Positions 38,476 through 48,666 of a stretch of DNA of 64,000 bases are shown here, one piece after another. Origin of the DNA: Fimbriosthenelais zetlandica (lineage: Eukaryota); assembly GCA_977030845.1 (NCBI GenBank), contig OZ365116.1:13144001-13208000 (forward strand). The letters run 5' to 3'. Under the pieces are notes generated by a model that made no database searches, was not told the origin of the DNA, and worked only from the letters and a program-made list of their open reading frames with translations. Each line of letters starts with the position of its first letter. Position 1 is the first letter of the stretch. The position numbers were made by a program, and so were the translations under genes.

Positions 38476-38609
38476 TTTCTATGGCGACGACTGCCAGTTA
38501 CATCCCAGGCGTCTCTCTAGCAGACAAACTCCGCCTAGCTGCCAGTAAAGGTCAACTGGACAAGGTCAAGGAACTGGTGGCAGCGGGAGCCACTTTCGTG
38601 CCAGACAGG
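38476..38609 (+). CDS. ANKRD6: ANKRD6 core exon 1 (ankyrin repeat 1; internal ATG at 38481)
   Basis: ttcctctatttacag| and AGG|GTGAGT; phase 1-0. Reads (V)SMATTASYIPGVSLADKLRLAASKGQLDKVKELVAAGATFVPDR, cf. human [26 protein letters not shown] (recalled). Confidence 0.93.
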
Positions 38610-39355
38610 GTGAGTCTCATTTATATTAATACTCAGAAAATTGACCTCAGTCATTTTCCAAGAGAGAGTGCTTTTCAGATTTCTAAGCTCTGGCCTGTCA
38701 TGGTTCTTCCTCCCTCGTTGTGCACGCCTCTTCCACTCACTAATTATTCAAAAGTTCCCATACAATCAGGCCCTTATTTCCCCCAAGGCTGCCATTGAGC
38801 GTCTCTCAGTGTTTATGCCTGAGGGCTCCGCACTTTTCTTGAAGGACAAGACATAACCCTAGGCTCCCTCCCAAAACCAGTGTAATATGACAGGTATACT
38901 CTATGTAGCAATGTTTGGCAGGAATATTTTTACCACTTTTTTCTACTAGAATGGACATTTTTTGTGAAAATATGTGACATATTTGCGAAACGGGTATATG
39001 CACGGTTTGAGGCGCATTTCCTGTCTGTGTGTCATCGTTCCCATGGTCTTTCATCCATAATTTATGCAGGAAATACTCGGTCTCTGACCTTGGTCAGGGG
39101 ACCATGGTGACAAAGATTAATTCACGAGACCTTACTTCAACGGTCATAATGAGAATCGATTAATAATCATACATTAAGCTCGAATATTTTTTAGCAGTAG
39201 TGAATATTGCTCCCACATGCCTCCCATCTCCTATACCAATACCAAAGCTTTAAATTTAATTGAAGCTAGCTTATAAAGTAAACTTGCAACACAAATATTT
39301 ACATTAATTTGGATGTTTGATGAATGTAATATTGATGTAATTCATTTTATTACAG

Positions 39356-39454
39356 GAGGGGAGGACTGCCCTTCACTATGCTGCTCTTAATGGATACGCC
39401 GCTGTTGTCAGTCTTCTGGCAGCTGAAAGCTGTGACATTAACCTTCAAGATACT
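39356..39454 (+). CDS. ANKRD6: ANKRD6 core exon 2 (ankyrin repeat 2)
   Basis: 99 nt, phase 0-0, canonical AG/GTAAGT. Reads EGRTALHYAALNGYAAVVSLLAAESCDINLQDT. Confidence 0.95.
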
Positions 39455-42400
39455 GTAAGTATACATGTATAAACATTTATATCTAACGCTACCTATTTCT
39501 GGCACATTTACCTATGGTCCAAAAACGGGCCCCCAAAAACATGAATGGCAGAAGTAACTTATGACTATGTCAATGGCCTCAAGGCTTGCCACATTTGAGG
39601 GTTCAATATAAGGATTGTTCCTCGAGTCAAGCTCAGCTTTAGTTGGCCTCAGAGTGAGGGCAGATTGACAAACCTCGACACCTGATACTGATTAAGCTAC
39701 ATTGTACCTCTCATTCCCAATACCGCTCCCTCCCTTACACATATGGGCCACCTTACCCACTATAAAAACCCCACAGTACAAAGTCTGACTTTGACTGACA
39801 AGCGTTCCTTTTCTATTGTTGTCATTGTAAGTTGGACAAAGTAATCTAGGACTGGGCAGTTGAGATCATGATCATTCACGGTTTCGCCTATTCCTTGCAA
39901 GAGGGAGGTGGCTCATAAACATAAAATTTGTGACTTTTAAGCCTTAGAAAACTGCCTTTTGTTGGATGCATTGCTTTTGTCGCTATTAGTTGAAATAGGG
40001 GTAAGATAGATGTGAACAGTCGGTTTGATATTGTGTCCGGGTGAGTCAGAGGCTATGAGAAAACTGTCCTTTGTTGTCATGTGACAGTTAGATCTGCTAT
40101 AGAGTCATTCAGGAGATTGATTCAAGCTGGCCTTCCTTTGTTTGTACTTGGATAAGGAGCTCGGTTGTAAGGGTGAAACTACTAAGTTGTAGTCTTTTTC
40201 GGCCTCCGATACAATATAAGTTATGTTCAAAATCTGCTTAGAAAGGCCATGGATTATTTGGTGACATCTTCAATGGCTTCTTTGTCTTTGGTATAATGAT
40301 TCCTCAAAACTGATTAAACAGACCAGTGACTATGACCTTCTGGTCTATACCTGTAATTTAGCTGAAGAATCAAGTGTCAATTAAAACTTTTCTTGCCAAG
40401 ATCATGTTCAGGTACCGAAGGTTAAAAAAGTGACGTTCGAGCCTTGGGGATTTTTGTTACTCTTGAGGTGACACTTTACATGTCCTACTTGTTGTTTTTT
40501 CTGGTTGTCTTATTGGCAAAATGGACTTAGTGGTTGACCCTCGGGTCTTAAACCTCACTCGTCACACTGTCACAAGTTACCTCTTCCACCGCACTAATCC
40601 ACCACTGTCAACATTGGACACCTAAACCTCTTTAGTGCTTGACAGTATCTGCAGCATACTAAGTCACATCTGTCAACACTTGACAGTGGTACTACTGTCA
40701 ACACTTGAGATCCCCTCTGATGGGAAATGTTGATCATTGTTAAAGGTTTCGTCTTCCCTGATTCATCTTCCACATGTGTCTGTTCAGGCTTCTTACACAA
40801 TACCTCATCTTAGTTTGATTGATGATTTTCAAAATGCTTTAACATTTAGAAAAACAAGATTTTGTTTGGAAAATATAGATAAACTACCATTATAATTGAT
40901 GAGCTTGCCCGAGGGAAAAATACATGCATCTGTTGATTTGGACTAAATCAGAGAGACTACACCATCTGTGTAGTCTGACTAATTCTATCGGCAGAAGCAT
41001 AGACACTTGCTTGTCACTAGAAACAGCATTGTTATACAGCAGGTTGATTTAATTCCGCACTGTTGACATTTCGCCTCTCATCTGATCCACCAGCAGTCAT
41101 TAAGGTTGTTGTGAAGGATTCGTCTCACCCCACAGACCACGGTCAAACGGGGGAGTGGTTTTACCTTGTACTGTATGTCTGTGACTTGACAGGCATGAAG
41201 GATCATGACCGTTTGTCATGATTAATGATTATTAATGGGGCATTGTGGACCTCTTTATAACTGACTAAGGTAGTCAGTTGGTGGAGGGAACTTATTGAGG
41301 ACATACAATACAAACACACTAGATATCGATCAGAGCTACTGCTCGTCGGCCTTTAATAACAGATCTCTGCTTACATTCCTTATAATTATTCCATTAACAT
41401 ATTTCAAAATCGGAACGTGTTGTGAACTAATTCCAATGTATATAGTTCATATTAACTCATATTTGTCCATTCTTGTAAATAGATTTTCTTGTGTATGACA
41501 TTTAAAATTGTCTGACACAATAACTTCTTTCGGGAACGTTTTATATTCAATGCCCGAAATGTACCCAGAGACCTGTTGGGAAACGCCTATAGTGAGTTTA
41601 TAATAAATGGGTGTGATGCTTTTTTATTAGGAAATCAGAAAAATCAACATTCATTGCCTTTGCACCTGACCTACCTGGCGACATTTCAACATATATAATG
41701 TTACAATCCCTGGCCTCGTCCCAAGCATCATGTCCTACCTATGATGAATTGGAATATATATGTTCTGTCATATGTAATTGCTTGTCTCACAGACTAGTAT
41801 ACCAATATATTGGCTATTGTATTAGACATTCTGCCGTTTATCTCTCCCAAACATCTATGATTCGTTTCCATCTCAATAGACAAGTATCCAGTAGTTTATG
41901 CTAGCCACCATCTCATATGACTGAATAAGGTGGCCTAGAAAGGTGGTACATTTATTATATAATACAATGAAAAGTGCCATAGACATGTGTTTTTGCTTCA
42001 ATCCCGTGCGCTTGGTCTGTCTGGCTTGGGTTACCTGGGTGTATAAAATTACTTTATATTGCGGGTGGTAGCTTTCCTTTGCCTGCATTAGGGTCATATA
42101 AAATCTACTCCCAGATTTCCTATCTCGAATATAAATCCTCAAGAAATTGCCTTGTAATTATGCACGTAAGCTAAAGTCATGTAAATAGTATTACGACGTG
42201 AACCAAGATCATTAGCCCACCTGTGGTGAAATTAAATCTTTTAGGCCGAGTATTAGTCCTCCCTTGAAAGGGAAAATTAAAGGGACTGTCCTCAGAACGT
42301 GGCAGGCTAATCTGTCAAGCCACAGGTGAACAATGTACTATAGACATTCACTGGTCACGCTGGACTGTCCTAAATCTAAGCCCTTCTGATGGACCCACTC

Positions 42401-44988
42401 TGTCATGGCTGACCATTCGGGGGGACTTTCCACTCCTGGCTAAGCCCAGCACCTTGTCAATGACCAACATTGAAAGGTCTTTGTATGCAAGTAGCCCTAG
42501 TCTTACCTATTAGCATACATAGGTGTAGTAGTGGACTGTAGTGGCATTAGTGATCTAATGGATCTTGACCATACTAGGGAGAGCCGAGGGACATCATTAG
42601 AGGTCATTATGGGCTCCTCACTCGGTTATCTCAATCCATTGTCAATGCACCTCTGTTATTTGCCATGCAAGAAGATTCAAATTCCTTTGATTATGCTTTT
42701 CTTTATGACTAAAAACTTTGTTCTTCGCCGACATCTAAGTCCCGAATCCTCATGTAAGATGTTCGCCTGATTTGGGAATTGGACACCCTTGGGTGAAGAC
42801 AAAGTTCATTCCTTACATTCCTTTTACTGCCCAGTGATAATGACACCCTATGGTCAAGTGATCCGTGCCTTCTCCCCTCAGCCCCCAGCCAGTAATGGTC
42901 GTTCACCTTTACTGATCCCCCTACACTACCCCCAATAAATTGTCCCCCTACACTTCACCTGAATCATTAAATTCAACCCTCAATCTTGTAGGGGGGATCA
43001 TTATGTGTACTAGTAGGGGTTGTCTGTCTAGCAGGTTAGATACATTGTATCCTATTGTACCCGATTTTATCCCGCTCTCTTCACCCAATCCATCACCATC
43101 CAAAACGAAATCCTCCTCAGATTCCTCCTAATATCCACTTTCTAAAACAACAAAAGATTACATTCTTACTTTCACTGTTTCAAGATTTTGAAGAAACCGA
43201 TACTTTGAAGAAGTTGAGAGCCAATCTAAATTATACATTAAAGTGTGAGTGTAGATTTATAAGATAGCTGACAGGGGGAGCTTGTAACAGGTGACAGGTA
43301 GAGAAGGGTTCTGGGGAGTTAGATCTGTGTCCCAGCAGGATCCATTCATGTACCCCTGAGAGGACAGATGACCCCCTACCTCATATGATTGACAAGCATA
43401 TTCCCCCCTCCCGAGGGTACATATCACAGCTTTAGGCTGAAATAGGGAGATGTTCCTACTCTTAACCCATAACACAAATATCATCTTTGTACGCCCCTAT
43501 CCTTCTTAGTGTGAGGGATTCAAAAAATAATAATTTTATTTACATTGTTGCACCCCAAAGACATTGTATTCGTAAAGTAGATAAATCCATCGACCTGTTT
43601 TTGCTGATTATCTTCCATGTAACAGTTTTATTTTTGGCCTTCCTTTCTTTGAAGAGAAAACTGGAGGATAACTGACTGGAAAGTTTTAGGCTTCAATTAC
43701 CTGATTGTCCAAGATGAATAGAGAACCAGTTAGACCACTATTCTATATATGGACTAAGTTGCTTGCTCCTCGTTGAAAAGGACTTAAAGGTTTCTCAAAC
43801 CCATTACTTTGTTGTACCGAAAGGTTTGGAAAAACTTCAAATGGATTCATAGAAACTAGAGTGGGGTTGTAGGCTTACGCATTCGTTTCTAATATCATCG
43901 ATCAATTGTCATCAAACCATTTACCATTGAAGTCTTTGTTTCTCATTTTTTCATTTCTGATAATAAATTTGTTGCAGTATTAAAGCACTGATTCTCATGA
44001 CTGAGCACATAATATGTTAGTCAGTGAAGGAGAACCAGACCTGAAGGCTTTCAGGCAGATCCTCCAGATTGAATGACAACGTGGGAAGTTCTTAGTAATG
44101 GGATCTGGTAAACCGATGACTGTATAGGTGGTTCATAGTGTCATTCATCTCTTTTGAAGTCAGATTCAGGTTGCTGCACGCTTATGGTGTCTAAACCGTT
44201 ATACATGTAGACACTATACTCCTTTATGTTGGCTACATATCATATAGTTTGAAATGATTCAGCTTTAATGCATCATATTTTATCTCAAACCTTAATACTC
44301 ATAATATAGCACATTACTCACTCCCATAAGGATAAAATATCTAATATTCTTCTATCATGGGATCCACTGGTTTGAATTCAAAAGTCAGCCATTCTGATAC
44401 CAAGGAAACAGGTGTCGCCCCCTAGTGTGGAAGAGCAGAATCATGCTCCATCCTAACTCCCTCGACTCCTGGTGGCCAACCAAAGAACTATGTATAAAAA
44501 TGTCACTGGGGGACAATGTTGGGGACTTATTTCGCATCTGATTGATTGAATGCAAGAGAAAGTGTTAATTTTCATGTCCATTTCCACTTAAACAATTCAT
44601 AACAATGGCGATTAATGTTTGCCAATGATTGTGAGAAGTGAATATTTGTGGTTACTAATTGCCCAGCGCTCTCCATGGGTCGAGTTATTCCACGTCATCA
44701 AACATTATGACATTGTCTCTTGTACACCAGAAGACAAGAACAATTAGAGACACATCCTTACAATTGTCCCTCCATTGAAAGCAATGCCCTTCATCCCATT
44801 TTTTCACCCCGCTGACCTACCACTTGACCTGTGTATCAAGGTCAGTCAGTTTGTCAATGAATGTCGTTGACCTCTGTGATCTCTGGCGGTCGTTTGACCA
44901 TCTGTAACATAATCCATTAAGTGTTGTTTGGTAACCATAGTTACCCATTTCTAACAAAAGAGTAAATATTCTATTTTGTTTTTTCCAG

Positions 44989-45090
44989 CTTGGTTACACC
45001 GCTCTCCACCGCGCGGCAGCACAGGGCCATCTGGAGGTGATTCGGGCTCTGTTGGCGGAGGGTTGTCTGGTCGACCGTCAGGATGAGGTG
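44989..45090 (+). CDS. ANKRD6: ANKRD6 core exon 3 (ankyrin repeat 3)
   Basis: ttttgttttttccag| and |gtaagg; 102 nt. Reads LGYTALHRAAAQGHLEVIRALLAEGCLVDRQDEV. Confidence 0.95.
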
Positions 45091-45739
45091 GTAAGGCTCT
45101 ACTTTATTCCCCAATAGGCTTGGTTTAATGCTTGGTAATGCCTAGTGGGTGCGGAGACAGAACTAGACACTACCCACCTTACATTGGTTACCCGGTGATG
45201 TATGACTAGATTAAACATGGGAATAGATAGTCACACTTACAATAGATCTTAAAATGTTTTCACATTTGAAAAAAAATACTTAAAATAAAGATTTCCCTTT
45301 CCTAAGTTGCTTTGCAAGCATCGTAGTTGTTAATGAATCTATGTATCAAACCCACCACTATACTAAAATGTGTTAGTTACTTGAAAAGAATGTGTCCAAT
45401 GCGTGCTCTGAAAATAATAAAATTACTTCAAGCTTTGGTGGCTTATCCTCGGACTATAGGGTTGTTTTGAGCTACGCTGGTAGAAATGCATGATTGCATG
45501 TTTAAAGAACTGCATACTCTTGCATGCTCCTATAGGTTCTAGCCTAGTCATTTTTTGTGAAGTAACACAAAACCCTGCATGGTTTAAATAAAAAACCAAT
45601 ACATTAAATCACCATAGACTGAATTGATTGATGACACATGAATTTAATTATGTTTTGGTGCTATTCTATTTATAGTATTCACGTTGAATCAATATGTCAA
45701 TCTTTTAGCAGAGAGTAATATGTTTGTACTTGATTTCAG

Positions 45740-45937
45740 CATGGCAATGCGGCCATCCATGAGGCAGCCTGGAATGGCTACAGCAGGACACTGGAGCTCT
45801 TAGTGAAACAACGTACCCATGTTAGCATCACTAACAAGGCTGGTTTCTCAGCCCTCCACCTGGCGGCCCAAAATGGACATAACCAGAGCGCCCGTGTACT
45901 GCTTTATGCCAATTGTAACGCAGATCACAAAAACAAT
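45740..45937 (+). CDS. ANKRD6: ANKRD6 core exon 4 (ankyrin repeats 4-5)
   Basis: 198 nt, phase 0-0. Reads HGNAAIHEAAWNGYSRTLELLVKQRTHVSITNKAGFSALHLAAQNGHNQSARVLLYANCNADHKNN, with ANKRD6-typical HEAxW.G.S and HLAxQN.H.QS.RVLL. Confidence 0.96.
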
Positions 45938-46068
45938 GTAAGTACTACATCCCTTGTTTAAAAGAAAAGGTACCTTTCAATACTTTCATTTCAACAAAAT
46001 ATTTTCATTTTTTCATGTAGAAACTTGTCAATGGATGTCTATAAAGTTTTGTTTGTTTGCTCTTGCAG

Positions 46069-46167
46069 TATGGTGACACACCTCTTCATACGGCTGCCCG
46101 TTATGGCCATGCCGGAGTTACCAGGATCCTTATCTCTGCCAAAGCGGATGTCAACCAACAAAACAAA
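46069..46167 (+). CDS. ANKRD6: ANKRD6 core exon 5 (ankyrin repeat 6)
   Basis: 99 nt, phase 0-0. Reads YGDTPLHTAARYGHAGVTRILISAKADVNQQNK. Confidence 0.96.
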
Positions 46168-46275
46168 GTAAGCTTATAAATAGATCTCCTAGAAAGAGAT
46201 TGTATTTGTCACTTGGCAGCATGCCATATCCAAAATGAACGAAATGTATGTCTTGTAGTGCGTTGATGGCTCAAT

Positions 46276-46320
46276 ATTCATTCATTCATTCATTCATTCA
46301 TTCATTCATTCATTCACTCA
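46276..46320 (+). repeat. (ATTC)n tetranucleotide microsatellite, about 11 units, in an ANKRD6 intron
   Basis: Direct reading. Confidence 0.95.
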
Positions 46321-46366
46321 ATATTGAGACTTGAGATATTTAGATTTCACATTTCTTGTATTGCAG

Positions 46367-46663
46367 AATGGAGACACTGCCCTGCATATTGCTGCAGCTC
46401 TCAAGAGGCGTAAAATCACCAAGCTCCTCTGTGACTCGCCAATCGATGTCTCCATCAAGAACAAACAAAACGAGACAGCTGTGGATGTTGCCCGCCGGAA
46501 GGAACACCCTGAGATCATCCTAGCCATCACCTCCAAACCCAAACTCAAAGTGAAGAAGAGTCGCTTTGGTCGCTCACGAAGCCGGGGCCGAGAGCTCGAC
46601 ACAGATACCGATAGGAAGGGTGGTGAAAAGAAGGGCTTCTTCTTCCGCAAAAAGAAAGCTAAG
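46367..46663 (+). CDS. ANKRD6: ANKRD6 core exon 6 (ankyrin repeats 7-8 plus polybasic linker)
   Basis: 297 nt, phase 0-0. Reads NGDTALHIAAALKRRKITKLLCDSPIDVSIKNKQNETAVDVARRKEHPEII...GFFFRKKKAK|gtaggt. Confidence 0.95.
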
Positions 46664-46704
46664 GTAGGTTTCTTGCTCCAGAATCTTATCAGTAACAGTA
46701 TTCC

Positions 46705-46839
46705 CAGGGTTCCCAGTCACTCTGGAAATCAAGGAAAACCGGGAAAATGAGTTTGACCTTTTCCACACAGGGAAAACTCAGGGAATTTGAAAAAAAAACA
46801 GGGAAAACTGTTTTCATGAACTGCTGCATGGGGACCCTG
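46705..46839. mobile_element. 135-bp MITE-like element with hAT-like CAGGG termini in an ANKRD6 intron
   Basis: Left CAGGGTTCCCA (46705-46715) and right TGGGGACCCTG (46829-46839) form a 10/11 inverted repeat. Internal CAGGGAAAAC/CAGGGAATTTG subrepeats are present. No intact TSD, so it is probably old. Confidence 0.55.
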
Positions 46840-46930
46840 ACTTTTAGATTCTGAAGCCCCTGTGGCACCACATTGGCATTCTGACTGCATGAAAGAGTGG
46901 TATTCAATCTCTTCTTGTTTGTTTTTCCAG

Positions 46931-47197
46931 GAGAAAGAGAAATCAAATCCAGCTTTGACAGCAGCTTCTGAGGTCTCTTCCTGTAACCCGTCAGCATATG
47001 CTGATCTCCCTCCCGCCGTCCATCACCTGTATAGGGAGAGAGGGCGGGAGGGCGCCGCCGCCAGTGAGGTTTCTGGACCTCAGGCCAGGGGTACAAGTAC
47101 AATGGGAAGTCAGGACAGAGTTTCAGGTGTTCTTCATTCATATGCTCCCAAGCAAGGAGTTAAGTACTACAGAGATCTCGCCGGCAACATCAAACAG
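46931..47197 (+). CDS. ANKRD6: ANKRD6 core exon 7
   Basis: gtttttccag| and CAG|GTAAGC; 267 nt, phase 0-0. Ends YYRDLAGNIKQ, cf. human YRGKDGKVMQ. Confidence 0.92.
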
Positions 47198-47310
47198 GTA
47201 AGCCAACCCTCCTTTTGTTAATCCTCTCGACTTGAAACTTGAATGACTCAATAGTTTCGAATGTATTGATATTTCATTTGTTAACGGACTTTTCCTTTGA
47301 TTTCTCACAG

Positions 47311-48666
47311 GGACCCGTTGGATACACAGCACAATGCCAATGTGCACCTTTGGTTAAGAGACTAGAGACTCGAGTGGAGGCTGATAGGGCTAATCTATAT
47401 GACCACATAGATGCCAGTCACCGAACACTGGCTGAGAGGATTGACTCACTTGACCGGCGAACAGCCCAACAAGTCTACTCCATAGACAAACTTACCAAGG
47501 AGCGACTGGAGGCAGAGAGAAAGGCCCGGGAAGAGCAGATGGAAAGTCGGGGGCTTGCTGAGAGATTAGAGACAGAAAGACAGCTAGAGCTACAAGCTGA
47601 CTGTGTGAAAACAGAACTGAAAGCCTGGGTGGACGCCAGAGTGACTGGTGTAGAGAGACATGTCATGACCAGTCATGATGACGGTTGTGACTACCTCCTC
47701 AATTCCTCCTTTAACTTTGGTCGTGACGGCCTCCACCAGACCAACCTCTTTCGCTCTAAATCTGATGAGACTCTCTCTGTATCATCTAGTCATCCTGTTA
47801 AGAGAAATCATAAGATTAGTGCTAGGGCAGCGCATGAGTTACGACGGATGCAATCAGGAGGTGTTAAGTCTCAAAGACATGAACAACGGACACAGAACCG
47901 ACGGTCAGGACTCCGCGTCCATGACCGTCCTTCTCATGATAAACCTCGCCATGAAAGTAATGGCCGACCTCTTGGTCACAGCCCTGAAGGACAATCAACT
48001 AAAAACGAGAGTTTTACTGAGCAAGGACCTGTTGACAGGCCCCTCCCTGACTGGATTAAACCCAATCCAGCTGTGAGCACCCCTAGAAACTATGACGAAG
48101 CTGAAGGACGCTCTTATAGTAGTGTCAATGCACTGGGAGCTCAGCTTCGTAACCTTGGTCTCTCCCCTGTCACAGATCCCAGTCTGGACGGGGAGACACC
48201 TCCCCGGCCTACCCCACCCCTTCATTTTACCCCTACTAACCCGGGTGATCAACCACCCAAAGGTTTCACTGTGCTTGCCCAAGTCCACCATGCCAAGACA
48301 GACTCAGGGAGTAACCCTGATTCTGGGTATGGAGGCAAGCCTTATACAACACGACCTGATCGGCAACGATCAGAACAACATGATACCTCCCTAGCTACCA
48401 ACATCTCCACAACCACAGACGGTACGTCTGCCACCAGTGAGAGTGACCCCTTACATGTCACTCGACACTTTTTCGACACAGTTTCGGCACAAATGGAGAA
48501 ATGGTATGAAAGGAGGCTGAAAGAAGTTGAGAAGAAAGCAGAGGACCGTGTGAAATTAGAGTCCTCAGCCATGCAGTCACGGATACAAGCCTTAGAGGAG
48601 AGATTTGCTGATAATAAAGTAAAACTCGGTCCTCAGATCGAGGCTAGTATAGGAACACAAGTATAG
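47311..48666 (+). CDS. ANKRD6: ANKRD6 last coding exon (CxC motif, coiled coil, disordered tail)
   Basis: tttctcacag| acceptor. Reads GPVGYTAQCQCAPLVKRLE...DKLTKERLEAER...ELKAWVDARV, resembling human GCRCEPLINKLE...DKLMVERLSAER...ELKTWCMLKI (recalled). TAG at 48664-48666. Confidence 0.95.
   Translation, partial: GPVGYTAQCQCAPLVKRLETRVEADRANLYDHIDASHRTLAERIDSLDRRTAQQVYSIDKLTKERLEAERKAREEQMESRGLAERLETERQLELQADCVKTELKAWVDARVTGVERHVMTSHDDGCDYLLNSSFNFGRDGLHQTNLFRSKSDETLSVSSSHPVKRNHKISARAAHELRRMQSGGVKSQRHEQRTQNRRSGLRVHDRPSHDKPRHESNGRPLGHSPEGQSTKNESFTEQGPVDRPLPDWIKPNPAVSTPRNYDEAEGRSYSSVNALGAQLRNLGLSPVTDPSLDGETPPRPTPPLHFTPTNPGDQPPKGFTVLAQVHHAKTDSGSNPDSGYGGKPYTTRPDRQRSEQHDTSLATNISTTTDGTSATSESDPLHVTRHFFDTVSAQMEKWYERRLKEVEKKAEDRVKLESSAMQSRIQALEERFADNKVKLGPQIEASIGTQV

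Noticed and set aside
43422-43430. TATCACAGC matching the miR-2/13 5' end
   Set aside because: Only 9 nt match and there is no complementary hairpin arm.
43702-43712. TGATTGTCCAA matching the miR-219 5' end
   Set aside because: The 3' half diverges and there is no convincing precursor stem.
46318-48572. Several minus-strand and alternate-frame ORFs over ANKRD6 exons (46318, 46574, 46689, 46998, 47475, 47675, 47995, 48092, 48342)
   Set aside because: They are shadows of the real + strand CDS and carry no independent motifs or splice logic.
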